A stretch of DNA of 64,000 bases from an uncultured bacterium (GCA_963720265.1 CAVRET010000002.1:71602-135601), one strand, 5' to 3'. Shown: positions 30,011-40,523, counted from the stretch's first letter. Made by a program: numbers and translations. Notes: generated by a model not told the origin, from the sequence alone.

Positions 30011-30808
30011 GTGATGACTACACAAGCCTTACCTACAACTGCGTATGTTAAGCGTCGTGCCTATGAACTAAGCGAGCGTGATCTTGCAATTCTCCAAACG
30101 TTAGCAAAAGTGAGGTTAGCGACCACTCGACAGTTACAGAGGTTACATGTTTATGAAGGCACTCCAATTGGTAACGCTCGAGTAACCGCTAGAGTCCTTA
30201 AACGGTTAGCAGATAACCAGATCCTCATTCGATTGCCCCGACAGGTTGGTGGTATAAGGGCGGGATCAGCGAGCATAGTGTTCACATTGGCTCGTCCTGC
30301 CATAGCATTACTCAACCCAGAATCGACCACGATAAGGACGCCATCCATTCCCGGCGACCAATACGTTGGTCACGCCCTGGCCGTCACTGAGCTGTATGCG
30401 AACTTAAAAGAAATCGAACGCGCTGGTCTGCTAACTGTAGTCCTATTTAAAGTTGAGCCGCGGCGGTCCGTCTCGATGTATATGAGCCGTAAACTACTGC
30501 GCCCAGACGCTTATGCCAAGATTCACATTGGCCAATACTCATACTCCTGGTTCATTGAAATGGATTTAGCAACTGAGCGTCGGCCGCAATTGAGACAAAA
30601 AATAGATAGCTACCTCAGGTACTGGGGTAACGGTAAGGAGCAGGCTCGCAACAGAGTATTCCCGAAAGTCCTTTTCTTAGTCCCCGACAGTAATCGCAAG
30701 ACGCTACTTGAAGAACTCATTATGCATGTACCTAGCTATGCGAGAGAACTGTTTCAAGTTGAACTGATTCAAGACTCACAAAACACTTTGAGTAAAGAGC
30801 ACGACTAA
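30011..30808 (+). CDS. Replication-relaxation (Replic_Relax) family protein
   Basis: LSERDLAIL..L...R.ATT.QL, HALAV.E, RPDAY, FIEMDLATE, K...Y, FPKVLF. Confidence 0.8.
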   Translation: MMTTQALPTTAYVKRRAYELSERDLAILQTLAKVRLATTRQLQRLHVYEGTPIGNARVTARVLKRLADNQILIRLPRQVGGIRAGSASIVFTLARPAIALLNPESTTIRTPSIPGDQYVGHALAVTELYANLKEIERAGLLTVVLFKVEPRRSVSMYMSRKLLRPDAYAKIHIGQYSYSWFIEMDLATERRPQLRQKIDSYLRYWGNGKEQARNRVFPKVLFLVPDSNRKTLLEELIMHVPSYARELFQVELIQDSQNTLSKEHD

Positions 30809-30896
30809 GCAAGCAGAACCGCATCGTGAAAGCTCCTTGCTTCCAGTTCCTGATCTGGTATCCTCTCTGATCCAATAACCAGGAGCAACCAAGCCT

Positions 30897-32714
30897 ATGA
30901 AGCAAGCCGTTATTTACGTTCGAGTCAGCACACTCGGCCAAGCTAAGCGAGACCGCGACCCTGAGGGCTACTCTATCCCCGCTCAGCGCGAAGCTTGTAC
31001 CCGAAAAGCCGAAAGCTTAGAAGCTACCGTTATCGCCGAATACGTAGATGCCGGTGAATCTGCCCGCTCTGCTGACCGTACGGAGCTACAACGTATGTTG
31101 AACTTTTTGCAACAGAATAGGTCTGTTGACTACGTAATCGTCCATAAAGTCGACCGTTTAGCCCGTAATCGTGAGGACGACGTTAATATCAACCTCGCCA
31201 TTCGCAAAGGTGGAGCCAAGCTTGTCTCATGTACTGAAAACATCGATGAAACCCCCTCCGGTCGTCTAGTCCATGGCATCATGGCTACCATCGCCGACTT
31301 CTATTCCTCCAATCTGGCCGCCGAAGTCGCCAAAGGCATGACCCAAAAAGCCAAGACCGGCGGCACAGTCACGCGCGCTCCACTCGGTTACACTAACCGT
31401 CACGAGCTTACCGATGGGCATGACATTCGCTGGGTGGATATCGATGAGAGCCGCGCCGATCTCGTCCGACTGGCTTTCAAGCTGTATGCCACCGGCGACT
31501 ACTCGCTAGTTGCCCTCGCAGAGATCTTAACTAAGAAGGGCTTACTATCGCGTGCGACCAAGCGCCACTCTGAACACGCTCTCACCAAAACCACGCTGGC
31601 GCAAATGTTAGCCAACCCGTATTACACCGGCATCACCACCTACCAAGGCGTTGAGTACCCCGGCAAGCACCCGGCGCTTATCGATCCTGGCCTCTTCGGG
31701 CAGGTTCAAGACGTACTAAAGGCCCGCTTAATTGGCGAAAAACAACGGGTGCACATGCATTACCTCAAGGGCACAATCTTCTGTGGCCGCTGCGGCTCAC
31801 GGCTGTGCGTGACTTACCAGAAACAACAATACTTGTACTACTTCTGTCTCGGTCGCTCCAAGAACAACGGTTGCACTCTACCTTACCTAAATGCCGACGA
31901 CATCGAAACCCAAATCACGCGCTATTACTCCCTGATTAAGCTAAGTAAAGCTGAAGGTGAGCATGTCCGCTCAGAAGTCCACACCTACATCAAAGAAAAC
32001 CAGGCCGACTTTACTACTGAGGCCAAGCGGCAACGGCTGCTGCTTGAACAGCTTGAAGCCGAGCATGCGAAATTGCTCCAAGCCTACTACGCCGGTTTTA
32101 TGCCACTCGATACCTTCGGTGCCGAGCAAAGCCGCATAGCAACCGCCAAACAACACGCCACTGAAACACTCGCCACAGCCGAGCAAGGATTTGACGACGT
32201 GGCTGGTAAATTAGACCAGGCCTTACATCTAATGCAAAACTGGAGTGAAGTGTATGAGGAAGCTCCCAAACGGCTCAGGCGCAAGCTGAACCAAGCCTTC
32301 TTTGAGGCTATCTATGTTCAAGAATCCGATGATCTCGTTACAACAAATGGGTCGCAACTGACCGAGCCATTCGCGGGCATTATGACGATCTCTGGCAGGC
32401 CTCGTGCCGCAATAACCAAAATGACTGCTCAGGTACGAAAAAACCAACCTGTTCGGTCGGTCCCTTCGAACATACCTGTTTTTTATACAGAAGGTTCCAA
32501 AGCGGAACCTCTGGTCGGGGTGAGAGGACTTGAACCTCCGACCTCAGCGACCCGAACGCTGCGCGCTTCCAACTGCGCCACACCCCGAAGGCCTCTGAAC
32601 CAAATAATAATAACCTTAAATTGCGAAGTTTGCCAGTCTAAGACCGCCCAAACCAGAACGGACGTGGCACTCTCACCTCATCGCCAGCGGGTCGGGCGCG
32701 TCTGGTTGAAGTGA
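30897..32714 (+). CDS. Large serine recombinase (integrase); 3' end reads through the antisense tRNA-Pro
   Basis: YVRVST catalytic Ser, DRLARN, PLGY, YTG, HPALID, Zn-ribbon CGRCG..YYFC..C, coiled coil. Confidence 0.93.
   Translation: MKQAVIYVRVSTLGQAKRDRDPEGYSIPAQREACTRKAESLEATVIAEYVDAGESARSADRTELQRMLNFLQQNRSVDYVIVHKVDRLARNREDDVNINLAIRKGGAKLVSCTENIDETPSGRLVHGIMATIADFYSSNLAAEVAKGMTQKAKTGGTVTRAPLGYTNRHELTDGHDIRWVDIDESRADLVRLAFKLYATGDYSLVALAEILTKKGLLSRATKRHSEHALTKTTLAQMLANPYYTGITTYQGVEYPGKHPALIDPGLFGQVQDVLKARLIGEKQRVHMHYLKGTIFCGRCGSRLCVTYQKQQYLYYFCLGRSKNNGCTLPYLNADDIETQITRYYSLIKLSKAEGEHVRSEVHTYIKENQADFTTEAKRQRLLLEQLEAEHAKLLQAYYAGFMPLDTFGAEQSRIATAKQHATETLATAEQGFDDVAGKLDQALHLMQNWSEVYEEAPKRLRRKLNQAFFEAIYVQESDDLVTTNGSQLTEPFAGIMTISGRPRAAITKMTAQVRKNQPVRSVPSNIPVFYTEGSKAEPLVGVRGLEPPTSATRTLRASNCATPRRPLNQIIITLNCEVCQSKTAQTRTDVALSPHRQRVGRVWLK
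32512..32587 (-). tRNA. tRNA-Pro (anticodon CGG)
   Basis: CGGGGTG acceptor stem, anticodon arm CAGCG-TTCGGGT-CGCTG, T-arm GGAGG-TTCAAGT-CCTCT, encoded CCA; 76 nt. Confidence 0.97.
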
Positions 32715-33120
32715 ATTTACGCTCAATAACTCCCGGCCAGTTCTCTTTCAGCCAACGCTTCTGCTGCAGATACAATTCGAGCAGCCCGCGCTCGGCAAAC
32801 TCACGTCGCATCACCCCGCCCGCGTGGGGATGTCGTTGCGCCTGCTCCAGGGGTGAGTTAAACCCGTGGGCGTAGTGCGTCAGCTCATGAAAGACCGTTG
32901 CTTCAACCACATATTCTGGGATGTCTGGATCCTTAAAAAGTGAATTAACTACGATGAGACTCGTCTTGCCGTCATCCGGGTCTAGACTAATCGAACCTAA
33001 CCTACGCTTGGCACGCCGGCCAAACACGATTCGTACATCGTTTGCCTGGGGCACATCCTGAAAGTAGTTGTCCCAAATCTTATCGAGCATCTCTTGCAGC
33101 CAAGCTTCATCGCGCTTCAC
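32638..33120 (-). CDS. SprT-like zinc metalloprotease domain protein
   Basis: RRLGSI, HELTHYAH (HExxH), HPH.GG. Confidence 0.75.
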   Translation of the reverse strand: MKRDEAWLQEMLDKIWDNYFQDVPQANDVRIVFGRRAKRRLGSISLDPDDGKTSLIVVNSLFKDPDIPEYVVEATVFHELTHYAHGFNSPLEQAQRHPHAGGVMRREFAERGLLELYLQQKRWLKENWPGVIERKFTSTRRARPAGDEVRVPRPFWFGRS

Positions 33121-36026
33121 GGCTCGGTCTCCGATGTCAAAGCCAGCTCAAGCAGCTCATCACGCTCGCCGGTCCCATAAAACTGAATTGCAGCGCAACG
33201 ATGCAGTGGCGACGGATTGGGCGCAAACTCACGCGCCCGAATACTATCTGCCAATTTGACCAGTTTTTCGCGATGATGCTTCATGATCGTGTCGGTTAAT
33301 ACCGCCGTTCCCTCAATACCTGTTACCACATAATCTAGCACAACCTGAGCCGGTGGCGTGCCTTTCAGCGACTCATACGCGAGCGCATACGTTCTAAGCT
33401 GTAAGTCGTCCTTGGCCTTCTTGGACAATTTCTCCACGTCCGTCTTGGTGCGCCCGGTCTTAAAATCCCGTAACTCCACACCATCCGCAAGCTGAAATAT
33501 CGCGTCGATTTTTCCCCGCAGTCGCAGCCTTGCCTCCGCCACCTCAAGTCGTATTGGCACCTCGCTGCCAATAAGCACGCGCTGCGTGTGTGCTTCTCGC
33601 TCGATAAAACGGCCCAACGTTTCGCGCGCCAGGCGATGGTCAGCATCAGCGTCCTCACGGCGTTCGTAGCCTCGGTCGCTCCACAGCTCTTCCAGCCAGT
33701 CCCCGGGTTCTTGCGGCGCGAGCCTCTGTCCAGTCAGCCGAGCCTTATAATAGCGCTCGAATACCTTATGTAACGCATTCCCAAAGGTGATCTGCGGGCC
33801 AATCGGTTGTTTTATTTGCAACACATGCGCCAAATAAAACTCGAACGGGCAATACTCATACGATGCCAAACCCGTCGCACTGATATCCAAGGTTCCGTCA
33901 GCCGCCTCAAACGGTAATCTAGCGGATTGATCTGACTGCTGTTGCAAAGGATAATACTTTTGCAGTGTCTTAATAACATCTCCAAGGTGATCTCCCGCCA
34001 CACTCGGGGTAGCATCGGTCTGTTCTGTCCGCTCATCACCAAACAACTCGCCTACCAGCCGGCTAACCCGTTGACGCCCACCACCGGCTGAGCCGCCAAC
34101 GGCCGCACTCACGAACAGCTGACGCTTGGCCCGTGTTACCCCCACATACAGCAGGCGCCGAAACTCGTGCTCGGCCGGCAGTATGTCGTGGGGCTGGAGC
34201 GCTTCCGGAAGATCACGAATTGCATGATGGGCCTTTGACCATGCCCGCTGAGTACAACCAATCAAATAAACAGTGCCAAACTCAAGCCCCTTGGCAGCAT
34301 GGACCGTAAGCAGCTGCACCCCGGCCGCGTCGCCAATCGGTTCGGCCACTTCCACAGTCGGCGGCTTCGGAAAGGTTGCCACATACTCAGAAAGCTTCGG
34401 CTCGATCGCTACGCTTTCAAAATCTTGCATTTGGTCAAGCCAGCGCTGCAGATCTTCAAACACTCTCACCATTCTGGGACTTACCGCGGCCTGCCGCTGC
34501 CATGACTCAGCCAGGCCAGTTTCGAATACGAGCCGATATAGCAATTGACTAACCGGTAGCTCCACCGCCCACTCACGCCACAGGCCCAACTGGGAAGTTA
34601 GCGCCCGAGCATCTTCACCCGCATCAGTCGCCAAAGCCTCCTCGATGCCGATAAGTGCCTCCTGACTGGCTGTCACAACTGCCTGCACTCGATCCGCCGG
34701 CCACCCGAGGACAGGTCCCATCATGATATGGCTCATCGCCGCATCGTCAGTTTGCCATAACAGCCATCGCAGCAAGAACCACAGCCCAATCAATTCCGGC
34801 TGCTCAAAAATATTCACCCGGGTCGACAAGGCAAATGGTAGCCCGCGCTGACGCAAGAGCCTGCCCAGCGCGGCCAAGGGTGCGTGTTGAGCCGACAGCA
34901 CGGCAATTTGGTCTGAAGGTACACCCATTTGCAACTGCTCGTATATATGAGAGGCCACACGCTCAAGTTCCTCGTAGCTGTTGGAGTACGCGCTAAAGTC
35001 AATCGTAGCCTCATCATTGTTCGCGATTAAACGTTTATTAAGTCCAAGCTTAGATTCAAGTCGTTCCGGATTATTGTTCACTACCATTCGGTAGGCCGCA
35101 TCAAGAATCTGCTGACCGGAACGATAATTGTGTACTAGTGTAATCGGTTGGCTAATTGAGAAATGTTGTGAAAAATTCAATATATTTCGAATATCCGCAC
35201 CTCGAAAACCGTAAATTGCTTGGTCATCGTCACCAACTGCAAACAAATTCCCCGTCGGCGAAACCAGTTTGCGCAGGAGCTGATCCTGCACGGGGTTCGT
35301 ATCCTGATACTCGTCTACCAAAACGTAGGCATACTCATGCTGCAGCTGCTCAGCCACGTTCGGCCGCTGCCGCATGATCTCAAGCGGCACCCCGAGCTGG
35401 TCGTTGTAGTCATATGTTCCAGTCTCTACTTTGAGCTCCTCATAAAGCCGATATAGCCGTGCGAGGTCAGCCTGCTCAACCACTGCCTGAGGGTGTAAGT
35501 CACCTGGTTCCGCCTCAAGCTCGGCCAGATAGTGAGCATAATCAGCTACACTCACACCGGCATTTTGGAGCTGTCCAATATAGGCAACGATCCCCTCGAG
35601 AAACTCAAACATATCCTGTTGCGGGCCAAAATACTTCAGGTCTACCCGATCAATGTGTTGCTTCATGAGCAACGCTTTTTGCGTGTCGTTGAGGAGTCCG
35701 CCTGAAATCGAACGCCCGATGTGACTCGCAAACCTGCCTAATAATTCCGCGCCAAAAGCATTAAACGTCATCACCGGAACCTGAAAAGACTCCCAGCCTA
35801 TGAGCTCATAAAGCCGCTCCTCCATCTCTCGAGCCGCCTTTTCTGTAAATGTCAGGGCCAGGATTTGACCCGGCCGGGCGCGCCCGGATCGAATCAGGTA
35901 AGCAATTCGATGAGTAATAACCCGGGTTTTACCGGTACCGGCGCCTGCTACGACCAGCAGCGGTCCGGTACCGTGCTCGGCAGCCGCTCGCTGCTCGTCA
36001 TTGAGTCCGGCCAGAATATCGTCCAT
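33117..36026 (-). CDS. UvrD/PcrA-like helicase with C-terminal PD-(D/E)xK nuclease
   Basis: AGAGTGKT, DEYQDTN, VGDDDQAIYGFRGA, TVHAAKGLEF, YVGVTRAK; C-terminal GKIDAI..DFKTG..QL..Y. Confidence 0.93.
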   Translation of the reverse strand: MDDILAGLNDEQRAAAEHGTGPLLVVAGAGTGKTRVITHRIAYLIRSGRARPGQILALTFTEKAAREMEERLYELIGWESFQVPVMTFNAFGAELLGRFASHIGRSISGGLLNDTQKALLMKQHIDRVDLKYFGPQQDMFEFLEGIVAYIGQLQNAGVSVADYAHYLAELEAEPGDLHPQAVVEQADLARLYRLYEELKVETGTYDYNDQLGVPLEIMRQRPNVAEQLQHEYAYVLVDEYQDTNPVQDQLLRKLVSPTGNLFAVGDDDQAIYGFRGADIRNILNFSQHFSISQPITLVHNYRSGQQILDAAYRMVVNNNPERLESKLGLNKRLIANNDEATIDFSAYSNSYEELERVASHIYEQLQMGVPSDQIAVLSAQHAPLAALGRLLRQRGLPFALSTRVNIFEQPELIGLWFLLRWLLWQTDDAAMSHIMMGPVLGWPADRVQAVVTASQEALIGIEEALATDAGEDARALTSQLGLWREWAVELPVSQLLYRLVFETGLAESWQRQAAVSPRMVRVFEDLQRWLDQMQDFESVAIEPKLSEYVATFPKPPTVEVAEPIGDAAGVQLLTVHAAKGLEFGTVYLIGCTQRAWSKAHHAIRDLPEALQPHDILPAEHEFRRLLYVGVTRAKRQLFVSAAVGGSAGGGRQRVSRLVGELFGDERTEQTDATPSVAGDHLGDVIKTLQKYYPLQQQSDQSARLPFEAADGTLDISATGLASYEYCPFEFYLAHVLQIKQPIGPQITFGNALHKVFERYYKARLTGQRLAPQEPGDWLEELWSDRGYERREDADADHRLARETLGRFIEREAHTQRVLIGSEVPIRLEVAEARLRLRGKIDAIFQLADGVELRDFKTGRTKTDVEKLSKKAKDDLQLRTYALAYESLKGTPPAQVVLDYVVTGIEGTAVLTDTIMKHHREKLVKLADSIRAREFAPNPSPLHRCAAIQFYGTGERDELLELALTSETEP

Positions 36027-36098
36027 ACTTCTATCTTATCAGGTGAGTCGAATCGCATATGTGAAGAAAATGCTATAATTAAGCATAAGAGGTGCGAT

Positions 36099-38147
36099 GT
36101 GGCTGAAGTGATTACCCAGACAGCTAGGCTTACCCCGTACGCCAAACGTCCAAAGCAGGCTTCCGGATTTGTCACCGCCTATTATTATGAGCCGATGGCC
36201 ACGGATCCTGGATTTGACCGCGGCAATCTTTATGCTGTCATTGAAGTACTGGTCACCGGACGTGCCAGCGAGGATGTTGCGAACCTCATCATCGATACCA
36301 TTGGCGACTACTATTACAATCAACCTGATACTGCCCACGCCGATGCCTCATCCCGTTTCGAAGGTGCGATTCGTGCGGTTAACCATGAGCTCGGAGCCCA
36401 CGTCAACCGAGGTAACGCTGCTTGGATTGGCAAGCTCAGCGCCGTTGTCGCAGTTGAAGTCGACGGTGAACTCCATGTTGCTCAAAGCGGATCCGGCGAA
36501 GCCTTTTTATACCGTGGTAGTTCACACACCCGCATTACCACCACACCAACCAACCGCCCTGCCTCACCCACAAAAACCTTTGGCTCCATTGCCAGCGGAC
36601 AACTCGAGATCGGCGACCGCATCTTGCTTGCCACGCCGGCGCTCATCCACCAGATTCCACTCGAGCGCCTGCAGAGCATTATTGGCGGCGCCAATCCTAA
36701 TACCGTGATTGCCGAATTTCATGACCTGCTTGACGGCACCAGTGCAGACCGTATTGCTGCGCTCGTCGTTGAGATCACCACACCTGAGCTCGCAGCCCTC
36801 AGGGTCAGGTCTGAACAGCCGAGTGAAATCCACTTAGCCCCGGCAGAAAGCCCACTTGTGGTTGCTAAACACGTCGCCGCCCCCCTCGCCCACAATACCG
36901 CCGACTCAACGAAAAAAATTGCCGGAAAACTGCATATAGGATGGAAAAGCCTTCGTCCACGCCTCAGAGCGGCCGGGCTTGCGGTAGCCGAGCGCATCCG
37001 TAATTTGCTTGGCAGTCGTCGCGGCCGAATCGGCTTGTTGGCAGGAGTAGTCGTGCTTGTGACGCTTATTGGGCTGGCGATTTGGCACCAGGCCGACACC
37101 GGTTCAGACACCGCGCTTCTTAACTCCTACCAAGCAGCCTATTCCGAATACACTCATGCCCAGCAACAACTAAGTGCAGGCGAAAAGCCGGCCGCGCAGG
37201 AATCACTCAACTCTGCCCAGCAGCAATTGGCCGAGCTCACAGCCAAACAGGCAGTGCTCAACCGTGAGCTCGCCAAGGCCAAGCAGCTATCGCCAGGCGA
37301 GCCACGAACATTATCCGCTCTAAAAGTTCTCATTGCTGCTTCACTGAATCAAATTGCCGGCCTTGTTGAAGTAAACGCTACAACAGTCGCATCTCTACCA
37401 AGCACCAACGCCCAAGCCAAACAATTCGAAATTTACCATGGCGAAGCCTACATATTTGACGCAAGCAACGACAACAAACTGACAATCGTAAATCTATCAA
37501 CCGGCGCTCTCGTCGCTTCAAATGCCAAAACGAGTCAGCTCGGTGTAGTAGTAGATACAGCGATATCTGCCAGCGATACTGGGATTTACATCCTCACGGC
37601 CCAGCCGTCCGTCTGGTTCTATAGCTTCGCGACCGACGACATCACAAGTGTAGGCACGTCCGCGAACAACTGGCCATCCGCTGAAGCCATCGGTTCATTC
37701 GGCACCAACCTCTATCTACTCGTAAACGGCTCCGTCATTAAGTACACCAAAACCGGCGATACCTATTCAAGCGGCAAGCCTGAAGTTGTGCCGACCAACA
37801 GCACACCGTCCACCAGCCTCGCTGTTGACGGCTCAATTTACATTGCCACGACAACCAGCCTAAATCGTTATTTCGGCGGCACGCTCTCGGGTGCGGCAGC
37901 TCTGCCAACCGGCATCACAAAGCTGGTTCATCTGCGCTCGACCGACAACACCACTCTCATCATCGGCACCGATTCGCCGGCCGGACGCATCGCGCTTTGG
38001 TCTGACACTGGCAACTCGCCGGCATTCAAGGAACAGATCAGCCTGAACCACGTCGCGACTATTTACGGCGCAAACTATGATCAGACAACCGACCTTATGT
38101 ATGCCACAAGCGGTGGCACACTCCTCAGTTTCCCTTACAGTCAGTAA
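36099..38147 (+). CDS. Membrane protein with PP2C-like N-terminal domain, TM and extracellular beta-propeller-like region
   Basis: GTG start at 36099 after GAGG; 'GSGEAFLYRG..FGSIASGQLEIGDRILLAT'; central TM. Confidence 0.7.
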   Translation: MAEVITQTARLTPYAKRPKQASGFVTAYYYEPMATDPGFDRGNLYAVIEVLVTGRASEDVANLIIDTIGDYYYNQPDTAHADASSRFEGAIRAVNHELGAHVNRGNAAWIGKLSAVVAVEVDGELHVAQSGSGEAFLYRGSSHTRITTTPTNRPASPTKTFGSIASGQLEIGDRILLATPALIHQIPLERLQSIIGGANPNTVIAEFHDLLDGTSADRIAALVVEITTPELAALRVRSEQPSEIHLAPAESPLVVAKHVAAPLAHNTADSTKKIAGKLHIGWKSLRPRLRAAGLAVAERIRNLLGSRRGRIGLLAGVVVLVTLIGLAIWHQADTGSDTALLNSYQAAYSEYTHAQQQLSAGEKPAAQESLNSAQQQLAELTAKQAVLNRELAKAKQLSPGEPRTLSALKVLIAASLNQIAGLVEVNATTVASLPSTNAQAKQFEIYHGEAYIFDASNDNKLTIVNLSTGALVASNAKTSQLGVVVDTAISASDTGIYILTAQPSVWFYSFATDDITSVGTSANNWPSAEAIGSFGTNLYLLVNGSVIKYTKTGDTYSSGKPEVVPTNSTPSTSLAVDGSIYIATTTSLNRYFGGTLSGAAALPTGITKLVHLRSTDNTTLIIGTDSPAGRIALWSDTGNSPAFKEQISLNHVATIYGANYDQTTDLMYATSGGTLLSFPYSQ

Positions 38148-38168
38148 CAAAGCAGCCCTAAGTCGCAG

Positions 38169-39872
38169 CTACAGCCGCTCAGGCGCCGCAATCGACAGCA
38201 AACGCAAGCCGCTTACTAACACGTCGGCATACGCGCGAACGAGCCCTAGCCTTACATCTTCACGCTTATCGCCGACCACCCGATTCTGCTCGTAAAAACG
38301 ATTGAACGCTTGTGCCAATTCATAGAGGTATGTGCAAACGTAGTGCGGCATAAGCTCATCGACCGCTTGTTGTACGACACTGGGATATTGCGCGATCATC
38401 CGGGCGAGCGATCGTTCCATTGGCTCAAATCCAGTGCCCAGCCAGTCAGCTGTGTGGTCTGCCCCGCTGTCCGCTTTCGCCAAAATGCTTCTCGCCCTGG
38501 CATGGGCGTACTGCAAATACGGCCCGCTATTGCCCTCAAGCGAAATCGACTCTTTGGGGACATATGTCACATCGCCGCCGATGCGCGTTTTCAAAAAGGC
38601 ATACTTGACCGCGCCGAGCACCGACTCGTCAGTCGCCTCTCGACCGGCGTCCTTAAACGCAGCCGCGGTCATGTCGAGCACTTCAGTCGCGCGAATAATG
38701 TTGCCTTCCCTGCTGCTCATGCGCTCACCTCCGCCAAGCTTCAGCTTGCCGTGAGGTATATGCGTGGTAGCACGAGCCAGTTTTGGCCAAAATTGCTCAA
38801 TCGCCTTCAGCACCACTTGCATGTATTGCATCTGCTCGTAGTCAGTCAAAATTACCGAACGATCAAAGTGATAGTCTTCATTCTTCTTCTCAATGAGACC
38901 AACATCTTTGGTCTCATACGTCGGCAACCCCTGTCTGGTAATAAACACCCGCGTGTGCAGGCCATACTTCTCACCGCGGAATACTACGGCTCCGTCCGAC
39001 TCATCAAAGACCGTACCGATATGCTTCTTGACCTCGGCCAGACCGGGCCCTGCCACCTCGCTTTCCGGATAATATTTCTCCAACCTGGTACCGAATCTGG
39101 CATAAAAGGCGTCAAACGCCTCGTAACTCCATCGGCGACAGGTCCAATAAATCTGCGCCACCGGTGAAGTGTGGTCGCGGGTTGCGTGAATTTCATACAC
39201 ACGTTTATTAAGTGCCACGATTTCGGCCTTCGCCTTGTCGTCTTTCTGATAGGCCCGCTCACCCTCAACGTACCGCGCCGCCAACCATTGCGCCCGCTGT
39301 GACGGTTCGATTTCAGCCAATCCGTCCGGCTGCTCACCACCCAGTGCCTGCACAATCGCCCACATGGTTTTACCCACATGCAATCCCACATCGCCGCCGA
39401 AATTCACCCGATGCACATCGCCGCCGGCCAGCTCCATCAAATTCGCCACTGCATCACCCACAACTGTCGTATATACATGTCCGGCATGTAAAACTTTAAA
39501 CGGATTAGCATCGGAATACTCTGCCACCACTACTTGGCCGGCATAATTTACCGGGCGAAACTCAGCTGCACTAGCCGTGAGTTCAGCCAGCGCCTCATCA
39601 CGCAGTGTCATATTAATGAATCCCGGCCCGGCTACCTCAATTCGCTCAAGCTGTGGTACGCGCCGCTTGAGCTCACTGGCCAAGTCGGCCGCCAGTTCGC
39701 GCGGCACCCGCCCCGCATCCTTCGCGTAAATCATGGCAGCATTCGTGGCGAAGTCACCAAAACCAACCTCGCCGGCCCAACTCACATCTAGCCGCTGACG
39801 ATCAAGCTGATCAGAGCCGATTACCTCAGCCGTGGCTTCCAAAATGCTACGTTTTAGTTCTTGTAAGGTCAT
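38169..39872 (-). CDS. argS: Arginyl-tRNA synthetase
   Basis: FGDFATNAA, AGPGFIN, ANPFKVLHAGH, MSSREG, GNSGPYLQYAHAR. Confidence 0.97.
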   Translation of the reverse strand: MTLQELKRSILEATAEVIGSDQLDRQRLDVSWAGEVGFGDFATNAAMIYAKDAGRVPRELAADLASELKRRVPQLERIEVAGPGFINMTLRDEALAELTASAAEFRPVNYAGQVVVAEYSDANPFKVLHAGHVYTTVVGDAVANLMELAGGDVHRVNFGGDVGLHVGKTMWAIVQALGGEQPDGLAEIEPSQRAQWLAARYVEGERAYQKDDKAKAEIVALNKRVYEIHATRDHTSPVAQIYWTCRRWSYEAFDAFYARFGTRLEKYYPESEVAGPGLAEVKKHIGTVFDESDGAVVFRGEKYGLHTRVFITRQGLPTYETKDVGLIEKKNEDYHFDRSVILTDYEQMQYMQVVLKAIEQFWPKLARATTHIPHGKLKLGGGERMSSREGNIIRATEVLDMTAAAFKDAGREATDESVLGAVKYAFLKTRIGGDVTYVPKESISLEGNSGPYLQYAHARARSILAKADSGADHTADWLGTGFEPMERSLARMIAQYPSVVQQAVDELMPHYVCTYLYELAQAFNRFYEQNRVVGDKREDVRLGLVRAYADVLVSGLRLLSIAAPERL

Positions 39873-39934
39873 GTCCGCCCGATTATACCAATCCAAACCG
39901 GGTAAAACCACTCTCGGCCAGCTATAATAGCGCC

Positions 39935-40375
39935 ATGAAAGTTCTGGCCAAAAATCGTCGCTCCACCTTCGACTACGACCTCTCGCAGCGGCTTATCGCT
40001 GGCTTGGTGCTGACCGGAACCGAAACCAAAAGCATTAAGTCTGGAGCCGTCAGTCTCAAGGGCTCATTTGTGATACTGCGAAATAATGAGGCGTTTCTCA
40101 CCGGCGCCCATATCACGCCGTACGCACCAGCGGCCGGGCAAACACAGTCCGACCCCTCTCGCTCTCGCAAGCTACTGCTCCACCAACGCGAGCTGGCACA
40201 ACTTGTGGCACACAAGCAAGCCGGCTTAAGCGTTGTCCCTACTGCTTTGTTGTTGGACCGCAATTTGATTAAGCTTGAAATCGGCATCGGCCGGGGCAAG
40301 AAACGCTACGACAAACGAGCCGACATTAAACGCCGTGACACCGAACGAGACATTGCCAGACACCTTAAACGCTAA
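39935..40375 (+). CDS. smpB: SsrA-binding protein
   Basis: NRR..FDY, AGLVLTGTE.KS, RKLLLH, GKKRYDKR. Confidence 0.97.
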   Translation: MKVLAKNRRSTFDYDLSQRLIAGLVLTGTETKSIKSGAVSLKGSFVILRNNEAFLTGAHITPYAPAAGQTQSDPSRSRKLLLHQRELAQLVAHKQAGLSVVPTALLLDRNLIKLEIGIGRGKKRYDKRADIKRRDTERDIARHLKR

Positions 40376-40489
40376 TGTTTGCAAAAAGCTAAAAAACTTG
40401 CTTGACGGGCACGACATTGAGCGTTAATCTAGCAATAGGTACCTGCACAAAAAAAGTACTCAAAACAAAAAAGAACAAACTCCATCACC

Positions 40490-40523
40490 CGAAAACGGCT
40501 CCACCAAGGGCCGTTTTCGTTTG
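40490..40523 (+). terminator. Terminator-like hairpin in the leader upstream of the CHAP gene
   Basis: CGAAAACGGC...GCCGTTTTCG followed by TTTG; promoter TTGACG-N17-TAATCT at 40402-40430. Confidence 0.6.

Larger units (their letters stand above)
27622..32517. mobile_element. Integrative (probably mobilizable) element at the tRNA-Pro 3' end
   Basis: Large serine recombinase abutting the tRNA, Replic_Relax-like gene, AT-richer cargo, shared core TGGTCG at both ends with inverted-symmetric arms. Confidence 0.75.

Noticed and set aside
35865-36098. N-terminal extension of the 760-aa ORF
   Set aside because: Overlaps the divergent helicase; a better start with SD lies at 36099.
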